DNA from: an uncultured delta proteobacterium
Lineage (GTDB): Bacteria; Myxococcota; B64-G9
NCBI GenBank assembly: GCA_963754925.1
Contig: CAVWHX010000004.1
Location: forward strand, 555,883-619,882
Reading direction: 5' to 3'
Length of the DNA stretch: 64,000 bases
The notes beneath the pieces were generated by a model. The model was not told where the DNA came from. It saw only the letters and a list, made by a program, of their open reading frames with translations, and searched no databases. Positions 29,521 to 40,004 of the stretch are shown one piece after another. The number at the start of each line of letters is the position of its first letter. Within the stretch, counting starts at the first letter, position 1. The position numbers and the translations under genes are program-made.

Positions 29521-30013
29521 TACGCCCCTTTTGCAAGACGATGCGAGCCTGAGCAGTACTGTCGTATAGATGGCATACGGCCACCGCCAACGCGTCCGAC
29601 GCGTCGAGCTCGGCCGGAAGCTCACCAAAAATGCCTCGAAGCACCGATTGAACCTGCACTTTCTCAGCGGCGCCGTAACCGGTTATTGCCTGTTTGATCC
29701 GCCGGCTCGGATACTCGTGCACCGGAATATTCGCCCGGCCTGCAGCCAACAGAATCACCCCGCGCGCATGGCCGAGCACCAACGCACTGTGGGCGTTAAC
29801 GCCGGTGAAAACCTCTTCGACCGCGATTTCTTCAGGTTGGTTCGCATCAATGACTTTTTCCAAGGAATTAAAAAGCCGCGCTAACCGCATCGATAACGGC
29901 CCCCGACCCGGCCGGATGACACCGCTCACTATCATGCTGGGCTTTTGTCCGCGGCCTTCCACCACACCGTAACCGGTGCAGGTTGAGCCAGGATCAATGC
30001 CCAAAATACGCAC
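29489..30013 (-). CDS. ruvC: crossover junction endodeoxyribonuclease RuvC
   Basis: ILGIDPGS..TGYG, AVEEVF, LGHARG, TGYGAAEK, DASDALAVAVCH. Confidence 0.95.
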   Translation of the reverse strand: MRILGIDPGSTCTGYGVVEGRGQKPSMIVSGVIRPGRGPLSMRLARLFNSLEKVIDANQPEEIAVEEVFTGVNAHSALVLGHARGVILLAAGRANIPVHEYPSRRIKQAITGYGAAEKVQVQSVLRGIFGELPAELDASDALAVAVCHLYDSTAQARIVLQKGRNDSAARRNCM

Positions 30014-30078
30014 GGAGCCCTCCTCAATCCGTTACCGAACCCAACCTATTGCAACGGGGCCGCCTCGCGAACTACTGG

Positions 30079-30822
30079 CTAACCGGCCGGCATGTCTGCC
30101 GGATCGATATCAAAGTTGGCGTAGACGTTTTGAACATCGTCGTGATCCTCAAGCTCGCTGGCGAGCCGCAACACCTGCTCGGCTTCCTTGCCGGTCACCT
30201 TGACCGTATTCTGTGGGATTTTATCGAGTTTAGCTGACTCGATCTTCAGGCCCGCCTTTTCCAACTTTTCTTTAACCGCTTGCAGTTTGTTCGGCTCGCA
30301 GGTTACCTGGAAGTTTTCTTCTTCCTCCTGGATATCGTCGGCGCCAGCATCTAAAGCGATGTCCATTAGCTTATCTTCGGTCAGGCCCGCCTTGGAGAGT
30401 AGTATCAACCCCTTGGCGACGAACATCCAACCTACGCAACCAACCTCGCCAAGATTGCCGCCACATCGAGAGAACATCTTGCGGAATTCGCCCGTCGTGC
30501 GGTTTTTATTGTCGGTGATTACCTCCACCAGGATGGCCACGCCACCTGGTCCATAACCCTCGTACGTGCCTTCTTCGTATGAAACCCCTTCGAGCTCTCC
30601 GGTCCCCTTTTTGATGGCGCGATCGATGTTGGTCGCCGGCATATTGTTGGCCTTGGCTTCAGTAACAGCGGCCCGTAAGCGTGGATTGCCATCCACACTG
30701 CCGCCACCGGAACGCGCCGCGATACTAATTTCCTTGATGAGGCGGGTGAAGATCCGACCGCGCTTCGCGTCGGCGGCACCCTTCTTGTGCTTGATCGTTG
30801 CCCACTTTGAATGCCCGGACAT
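30079..30822 (-). CDS. yebC: YebC/PmpR family protein
   Basis: [43 protein letters not shown]. Confidence 0.96.
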   Translation of the reverse strand: MSGHSKWATIKHKKGAADAKRGRIFTRLIKEISIAARSGGGSVDGNPRLRAAVTEAKANNMPATNIDRAIKKGTGELEGVSYEEGTYEGYGPGGVAILVEVITDNKNRTTGEFRKMFSRCGGNLGEVGCVGWMFVAKGLILLSKAGLTEDKLMDIALDAGADDIQEEEENFQVTCEPNKLQAVKEKLEKAGLKIESAKLDKIPQNTVKVTGKEAEQVLRLASELEDHDDVQNVYANFDIDPADMPAG

Positions 30823-31055
30823 GCGACCTCCTTAATCATCAACCTTTCAGATACCGATATCGCAGCGTACCCTGTATCGATCGTTACTCAACGGATTGTT
30901 CGGTTATCATACTTCTTTTTGGATTTCAAGTGGATCTTCCAGGTCTTGCACTTTCAGAGGCTTCCTGTCATATATAAAGCCAAACTGGTGACCGGTATTC
31001 GTTCGCACGTTACGTTATTTCAGTACCATGCTATGAGGACCGTTGAGGTGATTCA

Positions 31056-33320
31056 TTGAGTCAGATCGATCTCAGTCGTCTGCGGGCACAAACGGATCAA
31101 ACTCGTCAAGCGGCGCAAGAAATCGGGCAACGGCTAACCAACGAGTGTATTCATTTGTGCAGCATGGTTAACTGTGGCGCCGAGGATCCCCTGTTAAGCA
31201 CGCTGCTTAGCGGTCCGCTCGCCGAACTGGTGCGCAAAACCGGCTGGAACTCCCTGATCATCAATCCAGGCTCTACCTCAACCAAGGTGGCGGTATATAA
31301 CGGCCTGAATCTTCATGCCAAAGCCGAGGTGCCGCTTGCGGCCGGCGGTCCCGATGGCATCGAGGAGCGGGTCGCCACCATCACGAACTGGTTTAGGGAA
31401 AACGGCTTGGTATTCGCCGAGCTCAGCGGGATTGCGGCGCGCGGCGGTTTTGTTGCGCCGGTGCCGAGCGGGACCTACCGCGTCACAAAACGCATGGTTG
31501 AAGATCTCGGCAGGGCTTATTACCAACATGCCTCCAACATGGCCGTGCCCATTGCGCTGCGCCTTGGTGAATTAGTTAGTAAAGAGGTGACCATTACCGT
31601 CACTGACCCGGTCACCGTCGATGAGCTGGCCACGGTGTACCGCATCACGGGTTCGCCGGCTATCCGCAATGATGGTGTGGCGGTCCACTACCTCAACCAT
31701 CGCGCAGTAGCCGCGCTGGCCGCGCATATCCTGGGAGTCGAGCCGGATAGGCTGCACCTGGTCACCGCTCATCTGGGTGGCGGGATGTCGGCTGTCCGCC
31801 ATTCCGACGGACGGATGCTGCAGGTCTCCGCCGCCTTCGGCGGTATGCCTTCGGCCAATCGTTCAGGAGCATTGCCGCTGCACCAGGTCATCCGACTCAT
31901 GGAGCAGAAAGAATACACCCTCGATGCTCTGAAACGCGACGTGATGTCATCGGGAGGTCTGCTCGGCCTGGCGGGCACCACCGATTTCAAGGCTCTTTTT
32001 GCATTTCGCAGCCAGCGTGCAACCAACCAACAACGTCAAAAGATCGACCTATTGATCGAGTTTTACGCTAACCGAGTGGCAGGCGCGATCGCCGAGGTGT
32101 CGGCCGCCCCGCGGCCGTTGGATCTGGTGCTGCTTACCGGTGGTTTAGCGCATGATGAACATTTTTGCCAGATGGTCGCCGACCGGATTATGCAGCCGGT
32201 TCCGGTCGTGCGATTGCCCGGTTCGGTGGAGCAGCAAGCTCTCGCTGCCGGGCTGCTGCGCGCCTGCGCCGATCCCGGAAGCTTAGAAGATTATTCCCGA
32301 GCACGCGATACTCTTGCCGCGTTCCGCCACGAGGAAGACCTGGTGTTGGCGGTTTCGATCTTCACCTCGCCGCCTATCAAACCAGTCGATCCCATGCCGA
32401 CCCGCCTCGACGAGATCGTCAAACGGGCTGCTGCCAGCGGACCGCCGCCCGTCATCGCACTGGTCGGGGCGGACAACGAGGAGGCCTTGCTCGCGGCGCG
32501 GCTCGCCAACATCGAGGACCAACCGCCGCTGGTTCGTTTTCTGCTCCTGGGCCCATATGGTCGCGTTTCCCAGCTCGCCTGGGAACTGGATGTTTCAATC
32601 GATGGCGAGAATTACATTTTGGTGGATACCGCCGATCCAGCCGCCACGGCAGTCGAGCTCCTCAAGAACGGCCTCGCCGATACCCTGATGAAGGGCAACC
32701 TCCACACCGCCCAGTTGCTGAAGGCGTATCTGACATTTCTCAAAGGCCTTGGCAGCGCCAAGACACGGCTCAGCCACCTCGGCCTCTTTGAGATTCCCGG
32801 CCGACCTAAGTTGGTGTGTCTCACCGACGCCGCGATGAACACCTACCCAGATGTGGAGGCCCGTATCGAGATCCTTGAAAACGCCTTGTTAGCGCTGCGG
32901 CACCTTGGCTATCAGTGTCCCAAGGTCGCGGTCATTTCGGCGGTCGAGAAAGCTTCTCTGGCAGTCAGTTCATCCATGGATGCCAAGGAAATCGCCGACC
33001 ACCTCAAGGATCGCTTTGATCTGATCATCGAGGGGCCGCTGTCGGTGGATATCGCCCTCTCACCAGAATCAGCCAAGGAAAAATCGTACCCGGGTAGGAT
33101 CCAGGGTGACGCCGACGTGTTGCTGGTGCCGAACATTGACACCGGCAATGCTATCTACAAAGCCTTCACGGTGACCTCGGGCGCTGCGACCGCCGGGACC
33201 ATTATCGGCGGTCCCTGTCCGCTGATTCTCACGTCGCGCGGGGACAGCTCGCGCAGCAAACTGGCCTCTATAGCTTTGGCGGTATTGCTCATCAAGAAGA
33301 TGAAAGGCGGCGTGGCATGA
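31056..33320 (+). CDS. butyrate kinase - phosphate butyryltransferase fusion
   Basis: Buk half: IINPGSTSTKVAVY, ARGG, SGTY.V, HASN, DPVTVDEL, HLGGG.S, LTGGLAH. Ptb half: LMKGNLHT, TDAAMN..P, IEGPLSVDIA, DVLLVPNIDTGN, LILTSRGDS. Confidence 0.85.
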   Translation: MSQIDLSRLRAQTDQTRQAAQEIGQRLTNECIHLCSMVNCGAEDPLLSTLLSGPLAELVRKTGWNSLIINPGSTSTKVAVYNGLNLHAKAEVPLAAGGPDGIEERVATITNWFRENGLVFAELSGIAARGGFVAPVPSGTYRVTKRMVEDLGRAYYQHASNMAVPIALRLGELVSKEVTITVTDPVTVDELATVYRITGSPAIRNDGVAVHYLNHRAVAALAAHILGVEPDRLHLVTAHLGGGMSAVRHSDGRMLQVSAAFGGMPSANRSGALPLHQVIRLMEQKEYTLDALKRDVMSSGGLLGLAGTTDFKALFAFRSQRATNQQRQKIDLLIEFYANRVAGAIAEVSAAPRPLDLVLLTGGLAHDEHFCQMVADRIMQPVPVVRLPGSVEQQALAAGLLRACADPGSLEDYSRARDTLAAFRHEEDLVLAVSIFTSPPIKPVDPMPTRLDEIVKRAAASGPPPVIALVGADNEEALLAARLANIEDQPPLVRFLLLGPYGRVSQLAWELDVSIDGENYILVDTADPAATAVELLKNGLADTLMKGNLHTAQLLKAYLTFLKGLGSAKTRLSHLGLFEIPGRPKLVCLTDAAMNTYPDVEARIEILENALLALRHLGYQCPKVAVISAVEKASLAVSSSMDAKEIADHLKDRFDLIIEGPLSVDIALSPESAKEKSYPGRIQGDADVLLVPNIDTGNAIYKAFTVTSGAATAGTIIGGPCPLILTSRGDSSRSKLASIALAVLLIKKMKGGVA

Positions 33321-35131
33321 CTAATCGTGATCAGCTGTTGGGGCTATCAAGCCTGGCCCCGCCCCCCGGCTTGCGCAAGGCGGGCCACTTTCAGAGTGTT
33401 GAAGAGTACGATGCGTTTTTACGGCAGACCTATCTCAATCCGGATGACTATTGGCATACGGTAGCTAAGGAGATCACCTGGATTAAGCAACCGCACGGGC
33501 TGGGCGGCCCCGGTAATTGGTTTCCCGACGGACAGCTCAACCTCTGCGATAATTGCCTCGATGTGCCGCTCACGCGCGGGCTTGCAAGTACCCTGCTGGA
33601 GGTAACCTGGGAAGACGCATCAACAGATTATCCAACCTGGCCACTATCGAAAATCCAGAATGGCGTCGCACGACTTTGCGCCGAGCTTGGCTCGTTCAAT
33701 CTGCCGGCGGGAGATCGGGTTTTGCTGGCCCTTTCCCCCGGGTTGGAACTGGTCCTCGCAACGCTGGCTAGCCTGCGGTTGGGGCTTGTCTGTGTGCCCT
33801 TCGATCCGGCAGTCGGTCCGACGAGGCTGGCTCGCCGGGCGACGGCGGCACACTGCCGGGCGATCGTCATGAGCGGAAGCTCGATCGGCGTTAACGAAAT
33901 CATACAGGAGTCGAAAACCTGGGATGCGCTCCACCGATTGGTGCTCGAGCCAGGGTGGGATAATGGGCCACCGTGCGCGTTACCACAACCGGTGCCGGTC
34001 CCCGCCATGCACCCCAGTTTTCTGCTTGCCGACTCGGCCGGTACCCTGTATGCATTACCGTCAGCGGGTTTTTTGATCCAGGCGCTGTCGGCCTGCCGTG
34101 CCGTTCTGGATAATCGAGGCAGCGACGACCGGTATTGGCTTCAAACGCCGGCCCATTACACCTGTTTGCAGGCTTCTGTGCTCGGCTTATTGTCGTGCGG
34201 TAGTACGGTGGCGCTGGCTTCAGCATTGGCCACGCCAACACCTGATGAACTACTCAAGGCTCTGTCAATCGTACGTCCGCGGGTAGCACTCATTCAAGCG
34301 CGGGATCTACAACGGATGCTCAAACCCTATCAGACCAGTGAACGAACCTATCGTCAGCCAGGACCCGAACTCTTCATATTGGAAGGCGAGACCGTCGAGC
34401 CGAGCTTTTATCGGTATCTCCGTACGGTGGTTTTTGACGGCAACACCCATATAGTGCAGGTCCTTTCGCGGGTAGAAGGCGGCGGCTATCTGGCTGGACC
34501 GTGCCCAACGGTTACGCCGGTCCGGCCCGCCTCAGTATCGTTGCCCCTGCCGGGGATAGACCTTACGGTGGTTGACGATCACGACGAGGAGTGCCACGTT
34601 AACCATGGTGGTTTCTTGGCGTTGCGACAGATGACACCGGGAATACCCCTCGAATTACAGCGAACAAAGCTCCCCGTGCGTCTGGGCGTGCGCTGTCGTC
34701 GCGATGCGGCGGGTTACCTGTGGACCATGGGCGAGGCACCTATCGAACGACCCGAGGGCCAAACGGTGACCGCCTCCGAACTTGAAGCCGTGATTGCGAA
34801 CCTTTCGGGGGTTGAACAGGTGGTGGTGGTCCGCTATGAAGATACGCAGGGTGTCTGGCGCACGCATGCGTTTATTAAACTTGTCGAGGGAGAAGCGGCA
34901 CTTGCCAGAATCAAGCAGGAGCTTGCACAGAAAGTGGGTGCAGAATCTGTCCCGGAGAGTTTTCAGGTGGTCAGCCAGCTGCCCTATAGTCGCAGCGGAA
35001 AATTACTCCGTAGTGTGTTGCGGCGGATTGCGCTGGGGGAGATCGATGGACTGAGCGATTTGGAGGCGGTGACGGATCCCGAACTAGTGCAGAATCTGAT
35101 CTCAAGCGTGAAGCGAAACGCTTCCCAATAG
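33317..35131 (+). CDS. acetyl-CoA synthetase-like (ANL fold) protein with degenerate adenylation motifs
   Basis: Acs N-terminus (PDDYW..AKEITW, WFPDGQLNLCDNCLD) and C-terminal LPYSRSGKLLR retained; P-loop YTSGxTGxPKG and GRxDD not present. Confidence 0.7.
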   Translation: MTNRDQLLGLSSLAPPPGLRKAGHFQSVEEYDAFLRQTYLNPDDYWHTVAKEITWIKQPHGLGGPGNWFPDGQLNLCDNCLDVPLTRGLASTLLEVTWEDASTDYPTWPLSKIQNGVARLCAELGSFNLPAGDRVLLALSPGLELVLATLASLRLGLVCVPFDPAVGPTRLARRATAAHCRAIVMSGSSIGVNEIIQESKTWDALHRLVLEPGWDNGPPCALPQPVPVPAMHPSFLLADSAGTLYALPSAGFLIQALSACRAVLDNRGSDDRYWLQTPAHYTCLQASVLGLLSCGSTVALASALATPTPDELLKALSIVRPRVALIQARDLQRMLKPYQTSERTYRQPGPELFILEGETVEPSFYRYLRTVVFDGNTHIVQVLSRVEGGGYLAGPCPTVTPVRPASVSLPLPGIDLTVVDDHDEECHVNHGGFLALRQMTPGIPLELQRTKLPVRLGVRCRRDAAGYLWTMGEAPIERPEGQTVTASELEAVIANLSGVEQVVVVRYEDTQGVWRTHAFIKLVEGEAALARIKQELAQKVGAESVPESFQVVSQLPYSRSGKLLRSVLRRIALGEIDGLSDLEAVTDPELVQNLISSVKRNASQ

Positions 35132-35133
35132 GT

Positions 35134-37248
35134 ATGAGCGACATGAAACTCCAGACATTACTAGCCCCACAATCCATCGCGCTCTTCGGCGCCACCTCGA
35201 AACCCGAGCTGCGAGGCCAGTTGGTCGCCTCCAATCTTATCTCCGGTGGTTTTACTGGAGAGTTGGTTTTGGTCGACAACGCCGGTGGCACCTTGCAAGG
35301 CCGACCGATATACACCGACGTACAGTCTTACACGGGTCAAGTCGATCTGGCCGTGATCGCCAGCACCAGCCAAGTCGTCCTTGATGCGCTGAATCAGGCT
35401 CTGTCGGTGAGAGCCAAGAGCATCGTCGTGATGAGTGCGGGTTTTAAAGGAGTCGATTCACCAATTATGGCGCAGGCCACCGAGATGGCGAATCTCTGTC
35501 GAAACCGCGGCTCGCGACTGCTCGGCCCGGCCAGCCTGGGCCTGATCAATACTCATCATAAGCTCCATGCCATGTTCACCCGCCACAAACCGCGGCCGGG
35601 AGTTATTTCAGTTTTATCGCAGTCCGGCGCCGTATGCGAGGTGATCATTGATTGGGCCAATGCAAGCGGCGTTGGGTTGGCGAATGTGGTGAGCTTGGGC
35701 CACCAACTCGATCTCAATGAAAACGATCTCCTGGCTGCCTTGGGAGAAGATGAGCAAACCAAGGTGGTGGTGGCCTACCTGGAGAGCATTGAGTCGGGCG
35801 ATGCGTTCATCAAGGCAGCCGAAGCGGTTACGGCGGTAAAACCGGTCATCTGCTTCAAGGCCGGCAACAGTCCGGCTGGCGCCAAGAGCGCGCGACAGCA
35901 TCTCGGTGTAAAACCGGGTATGGCGATGGCTTACGGCGCCGCCTTCAAACGCGCCGGGGTGATCCGGGCCGAGTCTCTCCAGTCGATGCTCGACTACGCA
36001 ATCGCCCTGGCCCAGCAACCACTGCCGCGGGGAGAGCGCATTGCACTCATCAGCAACGCCGATGGCCCGTCGATCATCGCCAGTGATAGCCTTGAACAGG
36101 CTTCGCTCCAGCTGGCAACGTTCGATCCCGACAGCATCAACGCCCTCAGCACCCAGCTGCCAGGCGTCAGCATCGAGAACCCGGTCGATTTGCAGGGCGC
36201 GGACGAGCCGTCCCACTACGCCCGCGTACTCGAGCTCGCGCTTCAGGACAAAAACGTGGATGCGGCACTGGTGTTGGTGACGCCCCAGGTGCCAACCCGT
36301 CCGATGGAAATAGCCCAAGCGCTGGTCAAGGCCGAAAACTCGGGGAAACCGGTTTTGACTTCATTTGTTGGCGGTACGGAGGTTTCAGGAGCGCGCGAAA
36401 TCCTCTTCGGTTCCGACCTGCCCGATTATCCAACCCCGGCGCGGGCAGTAGCGACCTTGAAAGCTCTGTGCGAGCATGCCGCATGGAAACGCCGCCCACC
36501 CCGGGTCCTGGCCCGTTTCCTGGTCAACCGCCGTCGGGTCGAACGCATTATCCGGCGATTTAGTCGGCAACAACAGCCCCAGGTGGAAGAACATGCCACC
36601 AAGGATATGTTAAGAGCGTACGGGTTCGCGGTTCCGACGGGTTACCTGGCCCTCGACCCGCGCGAGGCGGTTGAGACGGCCGAGCGGATCGGCTTTCCAG
36701 TGGCAATGAAAGTGGCATCGCCGGACATCCGCCACAAGGCGGCTGTCGGTGGAGTGCGCTTGAACATCACCACCCCCGAGGAGGTGCGCGACGCCTTCGA
36801 TCTAATCATGATTCGCATTCGCCGGATGGCTCCCACGGCGCATCCTGACGGCGTCTATATCGAAAAAATGTGCCGAACGGGGCGCGAGGTGATTTTGGGA
36901 ATGCACCGCGATGCGCAGTTTGGGCCGATGCTGATGTTCGGCCTCGGCGGCGTCTTCGTCGAGGTCATGAAGGATGTGGCCTTCTATCTCGCGCCGATCA
37001 CGGCTGATGAAGCCATGCAGATGCTGATGAACACCCGCTCCTTTGCTCTCCTGACCGGATCGAGCGGCCAGGCGGGGGTGGATTTGGCGGGTATCGCCGA
37101 TGCGCTCCAGCGCATCAGTCAGTTGGTTACCGATTTTCCTCAGATAGCCGAACTCGAGATCAGCCCGCTCATCGTTGGTGAGTTGGGGACCGAGCCAATG
37201 GTGGCCGGCGCGCATGTTACCCTAACCGGAGAGGGTAAACTATCATGA
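35134..37248 (+). CDS. ADP-forming acyl-CoA ligase / Pat-like regulatory domain protein (CoA-binding, ligase, ATP-grasp)
   Basis: PQSIALFGA, SAGF, SQSGA, YLES, KAG.S..G..SA..H, NPVDL, GFPVAMKV.SPDI.HK..GGV, FGPMLMFGLGGVFVE..KD. Confidence 0.85.
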   Translation: MSDMKLQTLLAPQSIALFGATSKPELRGQLVASNLISGGFTGELVLVDNAGGTLQGRPIYTDVQSYTGQVDLAVIASTSQVVLDALNQALSVRAKSIVVMSAGFKGVDSPIMAQATEMANLCRNRGSRLLGPASLGLINTHHKLHAMFTRHKPRPGVISVLSQSGAVCEVIIDWANASGVGLANVVSLGHQLDLNENDLLAALGEDEQTKVVVAYLESIESGDAFIKAAEAVTAVKPVICFKAGNSPAGAKSARQHLGVKPGMAMAYGAAFKRAGVIRAESLQSMLDYAIALAQQPLPRGERIALISNADGPSIIASDSLEQASLQLATFDPDSINALSTQLPGVSIENPVDLQGADEPSHYARVLELALQDKNVDAALVLVTPQVPTRPMEIAQALVKAENSGKPVLTSFVGGTEVSGAREILFGSDLPDYPTPARAVATLKALCEHAAWKRRPPRVLARFLVNRRRVERIIRRFSRQQQPQVEEHATKDMLRAYGFAVPTGYLALDPREAVETAERIGFPVAMKVASPDIRHKAAVGGVRLNITTPEEVRDAFDLIMIRIRRMAPTAHPDGVYIEKMCRTGREVILGMHRDAQFGPMLMFGLGGVFVEVMKDVAFYLAPITADEAMQMLMNTRSFALLTGSSGQAGVDLAGIADALQRISQLVTDFPQIAELEISPLIVGELGTEPMVAGAHVTLTGEGKLS

Positions 37249-39125
37249 GCGAGACTCGTAAACCCAGTTATGATCCGCAGTGGCAGGAGAAGTATCGTGA
37301 TATGCTTGCCACACCCGAGCAAGCAGTGCAAAAAATCCGTCCCGGCCAGCGCGTTTTCATCGGCACCGGTTGCGCCCAACCGCAAGAACTTGTGCGGGCG
37401 CTCACCGCTCGTTCGATCGAGCTGACCGATACACAAATAGTGCACCTGCTGACGCTCGGCGATGCGCCCTACGCCCACAAGGAGCTTACCCACAATTTCT
37501 CCGTGAACAGTTTCTTCATTGCCGATAATGTCCGTGACGTTATCCAAGAAGGCCTGGGAGACTACACGCCGATTTTTCTCTCGGACATTCCGCGTCTGTT
37601 CGCTTCGGGCCAGTTGCCGCTTGATGCCGCCTTGATACAGGTCTCCCCGCCCGACGAGCGCGGATGGTGCAGCCTGGGAATCTCGGTCGACATCGTCAAG
37701 AGCGCGGCGGAAAACGCCGCGTTGGTTATCGCGCAGGTCAACCCCCAGATGCCCCGCACCCTGGGCGATAGTCTGCTCAATATCCAGGATTTTGATCTGT
37801 GTGTGCCGGTTGATCTGCCGCTGCTCGAAGCCAGGCCGGCCGTACCCGACGAGGTCTCGCGTCAGATTGCCATTCATGTCGCCAGTCTGATCGAAAATGG
37901 GGCCACGTTGGAGCTCGGTATCGGCCGCATCCCCCACAGTGTCTTGGAGTATCTGAAAGACCGAAAAGATCTGGGCATCCACACCGAGATGCTCTCCGAT
38001 CCCATCATTGACCTGATCGAATCCGGGGCGGTTACCGGGGCCCATAAATCGGTTGACCGCGGCAAGATCGTGGCCAGCTTTTGCCTGGGCACCCGCAAAC
38101 TCTACGATTACATCGACAATAACCCGCTCTTTTCCTTTCATCCGACCGAATATGTCAACGATTCTTTCTTGATCGGCCAGCAACATAAGATGGTGGCGGT
38201 CAACATGGCCCTTGAAATCGATCTCACCGGCCAGGTGTGCGCCGACTCGCTGGGCAGCAAGTTCTTTTCCGGAATCGGCGGGCAGGTGGACTTCAATAGA
38301 GGTGCGGCCCGCTCGGAAGGCGGCAAACCCATCGTCGCCCTTCCGTCCACCGCGAAAGGCGGCACTATCTCTCGAATCGTATGCCAGCTCAGCCCCGGCG
38401 CCGGGGTGGTGACCACCCGCGGCAGCGTGCACTATGTGGTGACGGAATACGGCGTGGCGTATCTCCATGGCAAGAACGTTCAGGAGCGCGCGCTTGCCTT
38501 GATCAGTATCGCTCACCCGGATTTTCGCGCCGAGCTGCTCAAGCGGGCGATCGAGGCCAAGTACCTGCGCCCCGAACTTTCCGACATCGAGGATCGCATT
38601 TGGGTTGGGCCGCCGGAACTCCGCACAACGTATTTGCTCGACAACGGTACGCAGATCAATTTCAGGCCGATTCATCCCACCGACGAACCGGCGATGAAGG
38701 ACTTGTTCTACGCTCTTTCACGCGAGTCGATCTACCGCCGTTTCATGGCTCACCTCAAACGGGTCTCGCACAAGCAGGTTAAGAATTTCGTCTATGTCGA
38801 CCACCGCACCGAGGTGTCAATCGTGGGCACCGTGCCCGAGGCGTACGGCGAGGAGATCATCGTGGTCGGCGGCTACTACCTCGATCCCAAGACCAATCGC
38901 GCCGAGGTGGCTTTCACCGTGCGCGACGACTGGCAAAACAAAGGGATTGGTTCGTTCCTGCTGCGTTACTTAATCACCATCGCGCGGAGCAACGGCATCG
39001 CCGGTTTTACTGCCGAGGTGCTGCGCGAGAACAGGCCCATGCAAGCGGTATTCAACAAAAGTCCCTGCAAGGTCAAAAGCTTCCTCACCAGCGACGTCTA
39101 TAGCTTTGAGCTGGAGTTCGCATAG
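37245..39125 (+). CDS. acetyl-CoA hydrolase/4-hydroxybutyrate CoA-transferase fused to a C-terminal GNAT acetyltransferase
   Basis: VSPPDERG, LELGIG.IP, catalytic GIHTEM, SGIGGQVDF; GNAT part RPIHPTD, AEVAFTVRDDWQNKGIG, VLRENRPM. Confidence 0.9.
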   Translation: MSETRKPSYDPQWQEKYRDMLATPEQAVQKIRPGQRVFIGTGCAQPQELVRALTARSIELTDTQIVHLLTLGDAPYAHKELTHNFSVNSFFIADNVRDVIQEGLGDYTPIFLSDIPRLFASGQLPLDAALIQVSPPDERGWCSLGISVDIVKSAAENAALVIAQVNPQMPRTLGDSLLNIQDFDLCVPVDLPLLEARPAVPDEVSRQIAIHVASLIENGATLELGIGRIPHSVLEYLKDRKDLGIHTEMLSDPIIDLIESGAVTGAHKSVDRGKIVASFCLGTRKLYDYIDNNPLFSFHPTEYVNDSFLIGQQHKMVAVNMALEIDLTGQVCADSLGSKFFSGIGGQVDFNRGAARSEGGKPIVALPSTAKGGTISRIVCQLSPGAGVVTTRGSVHYVVTEYGVAYLHGKNVQERALALISIAHPDFRAELLKRAIEAKYLRPELSDIEDRIWVGPPELRTTYLLDNGTQINFRPIHPTDEPAMKDLFYALSRESIYRRFMAHLKRVSHKQVKNFVYVDHRTEVSIVGTVPEAYGEEIIVVGGYYLDPKTNRAEVAFTVRDDWQNKGIGSFLLRYLITIARSNGIAGFTAEVLRENRPMQAVFNKSPCKVKSFLTSDVYSFELEFA

Positions 39126-39205
39126 TCTTGGCGTTTAGGTTCACTCTCAGGCCGGTTCTCTTGAGGCTATAAGAAACGTATCTGAAAAATATTACTCTGA
39201 ACAAG

Positions 39206-39934
39206 TCACTTCGACGTTCCGAAATTTCTATGTCGCCATCGTACCTTGATCACATCAAGAAACATTTTCGGAGGATCTCTAAAAACTCTGACTTTAGAGC
39301 GTTCGTCATTGAGCCATACAACGGGCACTTCTGCAACGTTTAGTCCGAGTTTACGAGCCAATAGCAACACTTCAACATCAAATGCAAAACCGTCCACCGT
39401 AGACCTTTCAAAGATGGATCGAGCGGCATCTCGGCGATATAACTTGAACCCACATTGTGTATCCAGGTAGCCAGGTACACCACTGAGACGAGCCAGCACG
39501 TTGAAGAACCGCCCCATCAGCACACGGTACCAAGGCTGTCGGCGGGCTATGTTGGCTCCCTCAATAGAGCGAGATCCGATGACAACAGGAGCCTGTTCCG
39601 TGGCGGCAAGCAGTTTTTCAACGTCTTGGATAGGTGTTGACAAGTCAACATCCGAACAAAGAATCCATTCCAGCTTCGCGGCCAGAACACCCTGGCGGGT
39701 GGCGGCTCCTTTGCCTCGGTTCTGCGGCAGCTTAATCAACCTAAGAAGAGGCCACCGTTGCGTCATTGCGAATACGATTTTTGCTGTGTTGTCTTTACTC
39801 CCGTCGTCAACTACGATAACTTCATAATCCGGAACGTTAGCTATACAATACTCACGCGTGCGATTAAGTGATTTTTCAATCCGTTCTTCTTCATTAAACG
39901 CTGGAAAGACGATCGATAGCGGTACTTTCTTCAT
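39206..39934 (-). CDS. family 2 glycosyltransferase (Dol-P-glucose synthase-like)
   Basis: SIVFPAFNEE, VVDDGSKD, NRGKG, SDVDLS, DTQCGFK, FAFDVE. Confidence 0.9.
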   Translation of the reverse strand: MKKVPLSIVFPAFNEEERIEKSLNRTREYCIANVPDYEVIVVDDGSKDNTAKIVFAMTQRWPLLRLIKLPQNRGKGAATRQGVLAAKLEWILCSDVDLSTPIQDVEKLLAATEQAPVVIGSRSIEGANIARRQPWYRVLMGRFFNVLARLSGVPGYLDTQCGFKLYRRDAARSIFERSTVDGFAFDVEVLLLARKLGLNVAEVPVVWLNDERSKVRVFRDPPKMFLDVIKVRWRHRNFGTSK

Positions 39935-40004
39935 ATAATTCGGATAGCAGAGAAACTTTTTTCCAGCAACTCTTTCGAGCAAAGAAAATATCGTGCGGTA
40001 TTTT

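Noticed and set aside
37140-38675. 511-aa minus-strand ORF
   Set aside because: Antisense shadow of the CoA-transferase-GNAT gene
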